From contig CM119267.1 in assembly GCA_051294375.1 (NCBI GenBank), forward strand, positions 429,523 to 493,522: a stretch of 64,000 nucleotides of DNA, given 5' to 3'. Source of the stretch: Paraspadella gotoi. Its lineage: Eukaryota > Animalia > Chaetognatha. Under the pieces are notes generated by a model. That model was not told the origin of the DNA and searched no databases. It saw only the letters and a program-made list of their open reading frames with translations. Within the stretch, counting starts at the first letter, position 1, and every line of letters starts with the position of its first letter. The translations under genes were made by a program, and so were the position numbers. Positions 24,929 through 38,209 of the stretch are shown here, in pieces.

Positions 24929-27900
24929 TCAAAAACTGGGGATTTCGTTGACGGAAGTAGATTTGGCGATGGAGTTGGCGCCGGTTTGTGGGCGTGGCCT
25001 AGTAACGGGGCGGTTCCGACGATCCTCCTCGTCGTCCCCGATCGAAGGAAGCGCGCCTTCGGGACCGTCCGATGTCATGGGCGTGACGGGCGCCGAGACG
25101 CTTGTCCGCGACGAGACGCCCGTGTCGCCGCCGCCGTTGAGGCACCAAGTGAGTTCCTCCAATATCTTGTCGAAACAATCGTAGAGAAAATGGTAGAATG
25201 GAGTGTAGAGTCGCACCCAGCGGGATCTGAGAGGTTGGTGAGAGAGCGGGAAATCATTAACATGAAATCGAAACGAATTCGCCCAAAAACTGAATCTTAC
25301 TTTTTGTTGGGTCTGGAGTATTCGAAGCAGAAGGCTGGGGTCGGTGCGGAGGAGTCGGCGACGCCGCCGCCGCCGCCGATGGCGCCTTCGCTCTCGTCGA
25401 CGGATCCGTCGGGGCCGAACTGGTGGGTACGGTCGGCGACCACCTCGTACGCTTTGATGTCCGTCCATGCAAAGTCGATCGTTTGAGCCTAAGGAGAACA
25501 GAGATGCGGAGGTTTAGGTTCATCGAAATTTGTAGTAAATAATAGAATCAACTGAAGAATGAGATGTCAATTTTAAAATAAAACTAAGTAATGCAGTTAT
25601 AACTAGAAAGTCGCGGAAAACGTGGAACTAAAAAACGCTTTGGAAAGTGATCATCACGTTTTTTTTTTTTAAATTTTAAACTAGACACTCGAATCTCAAA
25701 AAGCGATTGGTATTTCACCTCGAGTATTCCCGAGGGAGTGCACGCTTGAAGCCGGAAAAAGGAGGGAGAGACGGAGGGCATGACATGACCGTCTTTGCGA
25801 GAGTCGCAAGGGCATTGAGGGAAAACGATGGCGTTGTATCCCTGGCAACGATGGAAGATGCGAAACAAATATTTGAAAATGTTACAATCAATATAAATAT
25901 TATCAATTCATTGAATTAACGAGATATCTTGCACAGACTTTCAACTGACTTTCAACAGTCTATAGCTTTTTTTTAATTCCTTGAGCACTGAACATCCTTA
26001 TCAAAGTGTTTTGAATTATTTAGTGGTAATATTGGATAAAAGTATAGGGTAACTCCTTTAAGTCATAGTCTTATCTCATTGCACATTGCAATGCACAATA
26101 CACGAATTACATACACATCTCCAAAATTCAACAATTACGCGAGTTGAAATAAAAACCAAAAAAAAAATGGTAAGGCCTTTAAAGAAACGGTGTACTCACT
26201 TGACAGTTGCGGACGGATCTTAAGTAAGCGAGAAAGTCGCCCTTCTCTTGAAAGTGTTTGAGTTGAATAGAGTTTTCGCCGATTTGAATGTTGCCCAATC
26301 GGACTTGGTCCACCGCGTGGTGGTACAGGTATTCCAACGCAATGGCTGACGGATTTTAAAGAAATTATCACTAAATTATATTTATGTTTATAATTATCTG
26401 TAGTTAAGAACTTGAGTTAAAATCTAAGTAAAGGCATCATTCAATGAACACGCAACGTTAAGAACAAAACTCTCTCCTAACCTGAAGTCATAAGCACGGC
26501 TTCGAGCTTGAGAGAGAAAACCCATTTCTTAAGGAGGATGCAGGTGGGCGCGGCGGTGGAGTAGTTGGCGACGTAGATGGCGTGGGGAATTTCGTCGACG
26601 CCCAACTTGCGGTCGAATCGAGGATCGAGGGACTCGAAGAGGGCGAAGTGGGAGGCGACCGAGGCGGGGATTCGGATCTGGGGAAGGGTTGAGGATTGGG
26701 GATTGAGTCAGGGACAAAAAAGAATTTGGATTTAATAAAATCAAATTATTGATACGAAGTATTTGATGTAATTGTACAACATTCTCACACTGTTTATAGT
26801 ATTCTAATTACAAGCCGAAGAGTTTTAAAATAGAAATGAGTCGAATGTCATCTTCCTTGGTTTTATTCTTCAAGATATTTTGATAAAAATCTTAATGTCT
26901 GATGTTTTGATGCAAGAGAACAGTAGAATTCGTGGAGAAAGAGTCAAGAGTGAGGCCCATAACAGAATTTTAGGTAAGTGATTAAAAAAATAACTTAACG
27001 ACGCTTTAACATGATAATCGTTTCTCAACACTTGCCTCCCTAAATTTCCCAAATCACCAGCCACTTTTTCCTTCTAAATGCGTCGAAACATTAAGTGATT
27101 AACTGCTTACGAGACGTAACAAAATGTGAGATTCTACTATTCCTTAGGTCCTATCTAACCTTATCCATGACGGTGCGATAAACTTGCTGCGTGGTCCAGT
27201 TTCGATGCACGATGACTGATATGATTTTGTGATTCGGCGCCATCACCTTAAGTTCCACCTGATTAGAGACGGATCCTTCGTCGTCTTCGGTCGGCGCCAA
27301 GAACTCTTGCATCAACTGTTTCGAGAAAGAAGACCGGAAAGTTAAAAGAGAGTGACACCTGACGAGTGAATGGCAAACCTCGCATTCGGCAATGGCCCGG
27401 AAAGAGCATATTTTCTCCATGTACTGCTCGAGACCGCGCCGCCGAGCGTCGAGTTGCTGTTCGGAGAGGCTAAACGGCCACTTGCCGGGAATTTTGGCGA
27501 AGTTAAAACCGGGTAAATCCCGTTTGAGGGCCTGATTTTGATAAAAATGATGGTATTATTACTAATATTGGTACGAAGACGAGTTTAACAAGAGATTGTG
27601 GCGGTATATTCACACCGCCTCACGTCCACCATCCGTCAGCCAAATCCATTGGCTCAGAGGGGGAACACACCATCCCAGGCGTAGTGTTCCATCCACAGTC
27701 CTAACGACTTCCCTCTGCGTTGGCAAAGCGAGACCGTCCTAGGGTAACCGCGCCAGTGACTGGAGGCGTCACTGAGGGTCGGAAGCCCCCAAAGCCAACA
27801 GTGAGATGCATCACAGGCAACCCGGTTGTTGCCATAAGATAATTATAAAATTTGTGGAACCAATTATCCAAGATGTTATTGTCTGTTCTGAATCAACCAT

Positions 27901-29553
27901 TGTGAATTCGAAATAGAACGCATATTATCTAAGCTTGCAGGCGAGTTGAAATAGTAAGCGGGATTATAATTATATACTGACTTGATGTAGAACGTCGAAC
28001 TCTCGATATCTTCGCGAACACAAGTGACGTCCGGCCATGTGGACGTTGAAGACGACGAATCGCTCGCCGCCCTTCTCCACGGTCGTCCAGTCGGGAATGG
28101 TGATCGGTAGCGATCTGAGGAGATTTTAAATACCATGAATATAACCTAAATTGCAATTTAAAATAATTTATCTAAAAATTTTTTTTTCTGTGGATCCGGC
28201 GCTAAGTGGGCTTCTTTAACCCTTCTAGCAGCCATGAAACGGGTTCTGGGCCGTTCTCACGCTTCCTGAAGGGTAGGTACCGGGTTCCTAGTGGTCATGA
28301 GCTTAGGGCTTTACCCAATGAGGCACCGGATCACAACTGAGGAATATGTGTGAGGAACCTAGGTAATGCCCCCTCCTCCAGCCGCGGCCTGTCTTCCTGT
28401 AAAAACGCCTGACCCAAAACTCAAATCGCCCCGCGGAGAAAAAAACGGTTCGTATGGAAGCGTTGGGGGAGAGAGTGCCTCTTATCTCTAAGGCGAAGGA
28501 TCAAAGGGTTTGGAACTTCCGTGGGCGTTTAAAATACGAAAGGCAGTTTTTTAAGTCTATGCCACAGTGCCACACGAGCTTACATATTGCCCAAACTCAC
28601 CTTTTCTCGGAATAATCGATGACGCCTCCATTTCCGTTTTCGGGCGAAACGTAACCGGCGTCGTCCGTGGGCTCGAGCCGTTCCGCCTCCTGAGGATAAT
28701 TCATAATTGGGTTAGCGTTGGATTCAAAATAAACATTAGACATCAATAATATTAATCACTAATCGGGGTAATGATTATCGTGACTCTGACTTGTCGACTG
28801 ACGGAGATGACGGTGAGCGCGAGGGAGTCGCCGCCGCTTTTGATGAGATCGACGACCTGCTTGTGAGTCGCGCCCTCCACCGTTACCCCGTTCACCTCCA
28901 AGATTCTGTCGCCTGAAAAGGGAGACGATTTTCCGATTTTATAAAGTGGTAAGCAGGTTAACAACTTAACATACTATGGCAAATGGGGGGACATGTGTGA
29001 TGCCTGGGGCGTGAGGGGTCTCACGGTTAGTGAACGAGTACTAAGAGTCCAAGCCAATAGGACGAGCTGAGTTTCACCAAGCTATACGGGAGGCGAATTT
29101 AGGATTCGCCAAAATACATGATTAAATAGAGAAAGTTTGAATTGGAAGCACAAAGTGTGTGTTGCTATGAAATTGGTACAAATCATGTAAAATTATGCAT
29201 TCATTTAAAAACGAGGATTTAAAACGCCCGTACCTTTGAGAATGCCGGCTTTGGCAGCGGCGCCTCCCTCGAGTACTGCGCTGACGTGTTGTAGCGGGGC
29301 GTAGAGTTCCCCGTTGATGCTCTTCAGTTGACCACCTTCGCTGACCTAAATAGGAATGGGGGTTAGAGAAAATAACCCGCCACTCAACATACTCCCCAAC
29401 CTCCTTCATTACCTGGCCCCTGACGTTAAAGCCGAAGCCGGTCTCGCTCTTGTGAATAGTGACGAGTCTCGGTTGTCCGTACATCACCATGGGCGAACTG
29501 GCGAACGACGCCGAGGGAGAGAGGTACGGGCGCTCGTCGTCCGAGTCGGTCAT
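24929..29553 (-). CDS. SNX27: Sorting nexin-27 (PDZ-PX-FERM-like), about 12 exons
   Basis: [54 protein letters not shown]...[68 protein letters not shown]. Confidence 0.96.
27635..27832 (-). mobile_element. GC-rich structured repeat in an SNX27 intron, resembling a non-LTR (RTE-type) 5' UTR or SINE
   Basis: A second copy lies at 22770-22915 in the opposite orientation. The family resemblance is from memory only. Confidence 0.55.
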
Positions 29554-30328
29554 CTTCCAAATTTGTTCGCTTGTTCCTTAGTTTGTGTTCGCACGAGTAT
29601 CAAATTAATAATATTTCACCCGTCATAACGTGAGGAAAATGATGCATCGGATTTCAGTTGGAGGAATTCCCAACGTCCCGCATGATTTTTTGTTGTTAAA
29701 AGCAAATTTTTTTAGCGTTTCTACGTGTCACTCAGAGGGAAGACAATCAAAAATGGAATGTACGCGATTTCATCCTGGCTTCGCAAAATTACAAGCTCTA
29801 AAGTTGAATTTCTATAATAAAGATTGTAACAAGTGAATAATAAATAAATAACAAAATGTTTTCGGTCTTGTTAATCGCTTCTAACAAAGAAATTACATTG
29901 ACGTGTGAATAGATCAAGAACTCGAAAGAAAAATAAAAACGGTACGACGTGTACGTATATAAAAGAGTACTAGGTAGTTCTCCCAGAAATATCAAACATT
30001 TTTAAAAGTTCTAGGTTCTAGCAAAGTTTCTTATGCCAAATTTAGTTGAGAAAACGAATATCACCATAAAAAATTTTCCCGGTTGCTCTTTATGGATTTT
30101 CATGATCGATGAATTATTGACTCATCGAATATAATCGTAAAAATTTCAATTTCTTTTTAAGAACGAGGCTCCGATCACAGAATCACTTAATTAGTCCTCC
30201 ACACTCTTATTTCCAGTTTCCACGCCTCCGTGAAACTTGAGCCGAAAATTGTGATTGTAATTGTAATGCTTCTTGATGAATCGCGGTTCTGTGAAGAGTT
30301 AAAGTCAATTTCGTCATCTCGCTTTCTC

Positions 30329-31935
30329 CTATTCATATTCGTCCATCACAGATTGTTGCGACTCTAATTTTCTGTAAAAGTCCATGAGAGATCCTTGCTT
30401 AGCTAGTTCGTCGGCCCGAGTGTTTCCGAGAATGCCCGTGTGACCCGGGACGTGTTGCCATGTCACGTCCATCTCGCGACTCAAAACGTAAAGAAACAAA
30501 AACTGTCTCCTCTGCTTGACCAGAGTCCCGTCCGCCTTTTTCCAATCGGTTCGCATCCATTTCTGAATTTGGGGATCGAGTCATAGATTTATCATTATTA
30601 TTTATTTATTTATTATTTATTTATTTATATTTATTTATTTTTATAGATTTAAATTAGTCTTATCTCGACCGTACGATCTTCATAGCTGTAGACTTATCCA
30701 ATATCCATCCCTGTTCACCTTGATCCAACAGGACATTCCTTGTACCAAAAATTTGGAATCTGATCGGACAATGAGCCTTTGCAATCCTTCCGAACGCGCC
30801 TTAATTAGTTGATTAAGACAATTTTTATTACGAGTATCAATGAGAAGACTTGTTTTTATGCGATCGGAAAGACATAAATTTTCCATCGCCTTTATTAAGA
30901 AAATTAACAATCTTCCCTTACTTGTTTGAGCGCCGCGATGGCCGCTTCCATTTCGGCGTCGTTGTGAGAGGTCTCGGTGTCGTCTTCCACGCCGAAAGAC
31001 ACTGGACGCCCCAAGTTGCGGGCGTCGTCTTCTCCCCAGTAGACGCCGATGCCCGCTACGTTCGTTCCCATTTTAAGCTGGCGACTTCCGTCAATGTATA
31101 CCGTCTAACAAGCTGAAGAATCTTAAGTCCTCTACTAATACTATTCTTTTTTAAATTTGACAAGAATAAACTTTAAATTACAGGAATTCCCGGCATCTCC
31201 GGGATCGACGACGTCTCCGTCATCCATTCGTCATGGGCGTGGACCGAACTCGACGACGCCACTACCAGCCCGAAGCCGCGATGAAAATCCATGCCGGCGC
31301 TGGACGCGGAGTTTGGCGCTGAAGACGGTCTTAAGCGCGAAGCCCCCGCCCGACGCCGAAGGAAACGTCCTAATCTCAGAGTTTTTAACATAATCTCTGT
31401 CAAAAATATTTTATAAACAAAGATACTAAATTACAAAATCACAAGAAAAAAATCCAAAAGGTGATTTTTACATCCGATAAAAATACTAATCTACATAATT
31501 TTTATACTGATAATGATTGTTAAATGACTGGCTAAAATATTAATCGGTTAATAATTATCAATGTAGCCATGAAAAATATAAGAATCTCGATATTTAAGAA
31601 GTAAGATATATCACATGTCATCTACAGAGACCAATAAACACACAGAATCGTCGCAACAAACGTCACAAAACGACCCATACGAAACAAATCACACTTGAGA
31701 AACAGCTTCGGTCCCGCAGTCACATTACGCTGCATACGTAGCAGTATGTCTTTCCATAGTTGCCGGCGATGGCCTCCGAGGCTTCATCGTCCTCGAAGAC
31801 TTTCCGCTTGGGGTCGCGGCGTCCGTCGGGATCGTCCGACTCTCCGGCGTCGGTACTCGGCGGCGTCGATGAGGCGTGGAAGGCGCCCCCGTGGATCCTC
31901 GGATCAGGGCGCGGGGCCGTCTCTTTCGATGCCAT
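30329..31935 (-). CDS. Ribonuclease H1-like protein with an atypical N-terminus, about 5 exons
   Basis: TVYIDGS, AGIGVYWG, NDAEMEAAIAALKQA, IVRSDSKFLVQGM, W..TDWKKADG, VTWQHVPGHTGILGNTRADELAKQG: the D-E-D-D catalytic set is present. The junction of the first exon is unresolved. Confidence 0.85.
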
Positions 31936-32090
31936 TTTTGAGATTTCGTTAAGAAGAGGGGGTGTTTGACGCCCGAATTTGCGAGACGGAGCGATGGAAA
32001 CGAGGAGCGAGACAGAGACGAAAAAAGAATTTCTAATTTAAGCTCAAGTCCTTCCGAGTCTAAACTCCTTTAATCACTTAGTTCAAAGGG

Positions 32091-32384
32091 TCAGTCGTTC
32101 AAGACCGAGAAGTAGAGTTTGTCCATGAGTCCGTCGATCTTTTCTTGCAGAACTGGAACAATCTCTTCTTCGATGAAAAGATGCGTCTCGTCTAGATCCT
32201 GACATTTTTTACAATATTGATTAGTTAAATCTTACTGCATTTATTCAAAATATTAATCAATTGCAGGGGTTTCGACCTGAATGATGAAGGTTCGTCCCAA
32301 CTGCTTGGTTTCGTCGAGGTGGAGCAGGAATTGTCGCATGGCCGGGTCGCACTCAACCATAACTCCTTTCATCACATTCACCAT
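32091..32384 (-). CDS. GTF2H5: TFIIH subunit p8/TTDA/Tfb5, 71 aa; exons 32384-32277 and 32198-32091 (absent from the ORF track)
   Basis: [36 protein letters not shown]|[35 protein letters not shown]-stop. Confidence 0.96.
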
Positions 32385-32650
32385 CTTCGCCTTTTATGTC
32401 CGGACCATCCAAGATCATTTAACTTCTAGAAATCGTTATTATTAACAATAAATAAATAATAGCATAAAATCATAACACTGCTTAGTAGTTCACGCCGTGC
32501 AATAACTTCTCTAATTTTTTAAATGAAATTTTAAGGGATTCGTGGTTGAAATTATCAATGTGCTCCACATTGTGGTGGGAACAATGTGGTCATAGCCACA
32601 GATTGGTAAAATTCCATTTTGGTTCTAATTCACAACATCCTTATCAAATG

Positions 32651-32930
32651 GTAGATCCAAAGACTCACAAATCGTGATATCTGTGTTTAAACTTTATTAC
32701 GTCGTCACAAGGATTTACCGTTTATTTATGATCTTTTCTCACATTCGTCATCGTCGTGATTCAGTTATTTTGTCGAAATTCCGTATTTTTCAGTATTATT
32801 CATTGCGTTCTGATCCTTACGTTTTCTTTATATAATTCATTGTAATTCTTTTAAATGTTTAAATAATGATTTTTGATATTATTTGTGTTACTATTTGAAT
32901 ATCTTTATGCTTTCATTATTTTATTAAGGA
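32651..32930. repeat. Diverged copy of the repeat that forms the inverted arms at 54.2-54.55 kb and 56.9-58.0 kb
   Basis: TAGATCCAAAGACTC.C.AATCGTGATATCTG.GTT..AACTTTA...CGTCACAAGGATTTA and TTGAATATCT.TATGCTTT.ATTATTTTATTAAG are shared. Confidence 0.7.
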
Positions 32931-35109
32931 TTTTGTATTCTATGGCCTCCAGGGTCGGCCAGATTCAGATTAAATAAAAAATTATTTTTATACACGAGGA
33001 TAAAATAAAAGAAATGATATCTGCATTGGTGAGTCCCTTTTATTTATTTCCATAGATTTAAAACGAGGAAATCCGGGTGGATTATCGATGCTGCTGGTGT
33101 TGCTGGTAGTGGTATTGATGATGTTGCTGGTGTGTTTGTTGTTAGATCCAGAGACTCGCGACATCGACTGATCGAGTGGGACGTCTCCAATTCCAGATAT
33201 CAGCAAATCATTATCCACGTCAATTGCCCAGTTCACTTTATTTTCCTTTATATATTATTAAGTTTATATTACCTTCGTCTTTGTTTTATCGATGTGATTA
33301 ATTTTAAAACGAAGTTCCGTCTGGATTAGACTGGTTGTGTAGCTGTGGATGTACTTGCTCTTGTAGGCAAAAACGAGTATAATATTTATTATTATCAGAA
33401 GAAGAAAAATACGAAAAATGTCCAAAAAACGCCCTTAGAATTAAAGATAAACGTAGTTTTACTTTCCTGTATTCATTACTAAATTTATTATTGCTTGCAA
33501 ATTCTTCTCACGTCTCTGATCCGATTCTGGCTTATAATAGTACTATAAAACTAAAATCAAAATGGACAGGGTAGGAAAACTTTAGTCTTGATGTCTACTT
33601 TCAGGTAGAAGAATTTTTTGAAAAAAATTCAATTTTAACAGCTTTTTTGTTGCTATCAAAAATACTATATTATAATATAAGGATAACAATTTTTTTAATC
33701 AATCTTGATTGATTTTGATGGATTCTGATAGAGAACAAAAAGTTAAATAAAAAAAATAATTACAACTTTTAAAAATTCTTACATTTTCTCAGTCAAAATT
33801 TAGAAAAACTGATAAAATTATTGAAAGATGATGATAAATAATAATTTTTAATAGTTTTTCTATTTTTCAACTTCCACTTATGAGCAGAATATAAAATAAA
33901 CAACTTTTAAAATAGACAACTTTTTGCAAGCTACCTGAATCTGATCTTAAAAATAAAAAAATCTTAAAAAAATTGTTAGCCATTCCTATATATAAATAAA
34001 TATTAAAAAATTAATATATAGGTTATAGAGTCATATTAAAATTTTTTTGTCTATCTTAATTTTTAAAAAAATGTATAAATTTTCGTTTGAGCAGGTGCTC
34101 AATTAAATTTTTTGACCCAACTTACTGAGATAGGCCACCCCTACTTATAGGTTCGATTCCTCCGCGACGATTGATATTTTTTAAAAGATAAATTCTATTA
34201 AGTAAATAAAGAAAGATCACAATCGCTAAATGTTATTGAAAAAGACGTAATAAAGTCTTTTGTCTGGCACCAAAACTCCAGCCATGATCTCGATGATATA
34301 AAACGACGATGTGATTAATTATTCCAAATTAAATATTACAAAAAGGTATGAGAAAGTGTGGTTTGTATATATTTTGATCCAGGGGTTGTCTTGGGGGGAG
34401 GAGACCGTGGTCGTCGTCGACACTGTGGTCGAGTCTCGAGTCTCGAGTCCCGAGATCATCATCATCATCATCATCATCATGATGACGACGAGACTCGTTT
34501 TCGGGATCAAAGCAAAACCAAAGGGTTTGGAGGCTCAGACCACCTATCCAAACTTTATTTGTTTTCTATTGTTTTTATTTGTTTTGTTTTTTTTTTATCA
34601 TTTTTTTTTTAATATTACGGGCATTAATAAACTGAGAAGGTCGTGTTTTTGTAATAATTCAAATGCAGTCCACCACGTTAGTATCCATTGGGTTTAACTT
34701 TAAGTTTTCGTGTTTTAAATAACCGTTGTTTTTTTTTTTAAATTTGAAAAATAACAATAATTTATTATTTTCTATGTTGTTTGCGCGTATTTCAATACTT
34801 TTTTTTTTTAATACTCAGAATATAACAAGCGTTGACGTTTATAGCCAAAAGTATCTGAGATCTTTTAATTTCGCGATCATTTCAGGTTCCTATTTAATGA
34901 AAAGTTATTTTAATCGAAGTAATAAATTTAGTATGGATATTGGATAAGAAATACTGTCCCAGGTCTCTTTTTAAATTAATTTAACTAAAATTAAATGTCT
35001 CTTCAACAATTTATTGGCCTTTTTTATTCCGGTTACCAGAATTTTTTGAAGTCTTTCGGAAAAAAACTTTGCCTACTTTAAGAAGGTCTTTGACCCGTAT
35101 CCTAAAGAG

Positions 35110-38100
35110 ATGGCGAGCCGAGTAAGTCAAAGAGGCGCGCCCCCCGTCAACGTCAAATGTACTTTGATCACCGAAGCGGAAAATCAAGTCCTCTTCGAGG
35201 CCTTAGGTAATAAATTATTATATTAAGTGGTTTTATAACGAATTTATTGACAAAATGGTTATTTTTAGGCCGAAGATGCTACACGCTGGCGTCTGCCGTC
35301 GTGCAGGTCTTCGTCACGTCGCCGCCCGCTCACGATCGTTGGACCAAGAAAGTCATGGGCATCGCTTGCTTCGTCAAGGACGGCGCAAAGAGGTTACCAT
35401 CTTTTATATATTGTTACTGTTCTTTCTCTCTCTTTTTTATCTTTCTGTAAAACGATCTTTTTTATCCCTGTTACTGCATTAAACAATTAAACAATAAACA
35501 TGATACATAAAATAAACTTGGCATATTTCATTTACAACTTACATTCATTTGCAATACGCTCGGCCCTTATCATTCTTATTTTGAGTTACTTTTACTTTCG
35601 CCGACCGGGGTTAGGGAAGAGTTAGGGTTAAGGGTGGGTTAGGGTTAAAAGGGTTAGGGTAATTAGGTAATATTTTTTAATTTTTAAAAAAAAAAAATCA
35701 GTATTTTTAAGTGGTCGGCGAAAGTAAAATGTAGCCCTTATTTTTTTCAATGCACCTAACACCTCCTCCGTAGGTCTTACTTCATCCGCGTCTACGACGT
35801 CACCAAAAGTCAACTGATTTGGGAGCAAGAGCTCTACAACGGTTTCGAGTACGAAGCCAACGTCCAGCCCTTTTTCCACTATTTCGAGACGGACGACGGA
35901 ATCGCCGGCCTCAATTTCGCCAGCGTCCAAGAGGCCTCCAAGTTTAAAGGTAAGATTCTTCTCATTATATAGTATTAGCTTTCTTTTATTTTTAAATTCG
36001 ATAAATATTAAATACCCCCACCCCCCCGGTCAGACGTCGTTGTGGACAAACTCGTTCAGCGTCAACACCGCAAGTCCCAACGCGAATCGGCGCCCGTCGC
36101 CCGCGTCTCCTCCGCCGCGAGCGCCGTATCCTCCCGCCCGCAGGCCTTCGTCCCGGAGCCGGCGAGGAACGGGTCGGGAGACGGGAACATCTCGCATCCC
36201 ATCTCCGAGCCCGTTCCCACTAACGTCGGTTCGTTCCGTGAGATCGTGATTGCTGGGATGAGTTGACGGGCGAACTCTCATCCCTTTCCCCCCCACCTTC
36301 ATTAGGTATCGGCCAGTTCGCCACTCCCAAGGACACAAAATCCGACAAGAAGGACAAGAAAAAGGACAAAAAAAGCGCGAAAGGAGCCAAGTTGAGGAAG
36401 GAGGATATCGGCATGCCCACCAACTTTATGCACGTCGGTCACGTGGGTTGGGACAAGGACAAAGGGTTTCAGGTAGCAGTTGTTTCTTTTACTTTCATCG
36501 GGGAGTTTTAGTCCGATTGATTGATTAATTGGTTAACCAGTGACTGCGCCAATACATGTAAATCATTTTATAGGGTTTAAACTGAACTGTTACTCGTAGA
36601 AAAGAAAGTAAGAGACAAATTCTAGTAGGAGAGAAGAAAAGTTAACTAACCGGAAAAAAATAATTTAAAAAAAAAAAAATATATACAAAAAATTGTACAA
36701 TTTCGGGGGGTAAGTGATTTACAATTCTAGAATCTAGAGACTTTGATTTTTCTTTCCCAAAGGTGAAAAACGTTGAGAATCTGTGCGAGGATCCAGTCTT
36801 CAAGGAGATGTTCGCCGAGATCGGGATCGATACCAACAAAGTCAAGGAGGACGAGGAGACCAAGCAGGCCATTTACGATTTCATAGAGAGACAAGGTTAA
36901 ACGCAAGCAATTCATCTCATTCATTTGACCGAATGACCCAAATTAAGTTTGGGTTAACCAAAATATAAAAATACTAAAACGTATTGAACTTTAAAAAAAT
37001 AATTTAGAATCAAAATAAGATTTTTATTGGCATCAACGATTGTTGATTTTTATTTGGGACATGTTTCTCGACTCTTAAAATTCACAAATTGTATAAAGCG
37101 TTGTTGCCAATAAAAATCTTATTTTGCTCTAAATCCAAACACAACGAATCGATGACACTTTGTGAACTAAAACGTATTAATTTTTTTCAGGCGGAGTGGA
37201 GAAGGTACGACAACAACAACAACAGCAAAAACAACAGCAGCTGCAGAAACAGAACACCGTGAAACGAGCGTCGGAGCCGCCGAAGCCGTCCCGCGGTCCT
37301 TTGCCAGCCGTGCCCCACCACCACCACGCGGCGCCGCCTCCGCCGCCGCCGAGTCGACATCACCGTCCTCCGGCGCCAACGCCGATGGTGGCGGATACGC
37401 CGCCGCCGATGGTGCCCGCTCGAGCTCCAAATCGAAATAAGGTGAGGGAAAATTGGTTGTAAAGAAAATAGGTGAGTTCTTTTTCTCATCTTCGCCGATT
37501 CTTTTTCTTCAGGAAAAAGCTTTTCGTCCTCCTCCTCCGGCTCCCTCTTCGGCTCCCTCTTCGGCTCCACCACCTCCATCTCACGGGACGGCGCCACCGC
37601 CTCCGCCACCTCCTCCTCCTCCTCCTCCGCCGCCGCCCGCTTCTGGTGGACCTCCTCCTCCCCCGCCGCCGCCGCCGCCGGCTTCGGGACCAGCCGCGCC
37701 TCCTCCCCCGCCTGTTCCATCATCTTCCGGGATTTCCAAGTGGGTTGCGATGATAACCTTTCCTTTTTCCTGCTTCGCTTCATTTACTCACCCTTATTTT
37801 ACTCACCTTTGATCAGAGCCTCTCTTCCTGTCGTGGGCGACGATCGCGGCGACCTCTTGAAAGCGATTCGCAAAGGCAGGGAATTGAAGCACGTGGAACC
37901 CGCGGCGGAGGCGGCCGGTGGAGGCGGCGACCGTGGCGACCTCCTCAGTCAAATAAGAAAGGGAAAGCAACTGCGCCCCGTCTCCGACGAACCGGCCTCC
38001 AGTAGCGCCGCAGCGGGACCCGAGCTTACAGGTAAGTTGGGTGCGAATCGGGTGAATGATCGTGAATGATTGTTAAATGATTGTGAATCCCAGGTATTGC

Positions 38101-38209
38101 GGCGGCTTTGGCCAAGGCGCTTAACCAGAGAAAGCAAGTAATGCAATCTGACTCGGAAGACGAAAGTAACGACTCGGACGACGCCGACAGCGACGAAGAG
38201 TGGGACTGA
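35110..38209 (+). CDS. WASL: WASP/N-WASP family actin nucleation-promoting factor, about 10 exons
   Basis: WH1 (GIACFVKD..KRSYFIRVYD...WEQELY, GLNFAS), basic region, CRIB IGMPTNFMHVGHVGWD, polyproline, two WH2 (DRGDLLKAIRKGRELK, DRGDLLSQIRKGKQLR), acidic tail DSDEEWD-stop. Confidence 0.95.
35590..35729. mobile_element. MITE-like element with internal TTAGGG repeats, in WASP intron 2
   Basis: Perfect 17-bp inverted repeat TTTTACTTTCGCCGACC / GGTCGGCGAAAGTAAAA around several GGGTTAGGG units. Confidence 0.65.
37002..37134. mobile_element. MITE-like hairpin in a WASP intron
   Basis: About 36-bp imperfect inverted repeat ATTTAGAATCAAAATAAGATTTTTATTGGCATCAACG / CGTTGTTGCCAATAAAAATCTTATTTTGCTCTAAAT. 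Confidence 0.6.

Noticed and set aside
28295-28312. GCCCTAAGC on the minus strand as a telomerase RNA template
   Set aside because: It does not match a TTAGGG or TTAGG template with alignment region, and no pseudoknot is evident.
29036-29075. Hammerhead-like CTAAGA-GTCC-loop-GGAC-GAGC
   Set aside because: Both core motifs (CUGANGA, GAAA) are mutated and no stem I/III partner is visible.
31720-31722. In-frame TGA after YCYVCSVM as selenocysteine or readthrough
   Set aside because: Upstream donor-like sites (GTATGC, GTAATG) or an indel error explain it more simply; no SECIS identified.
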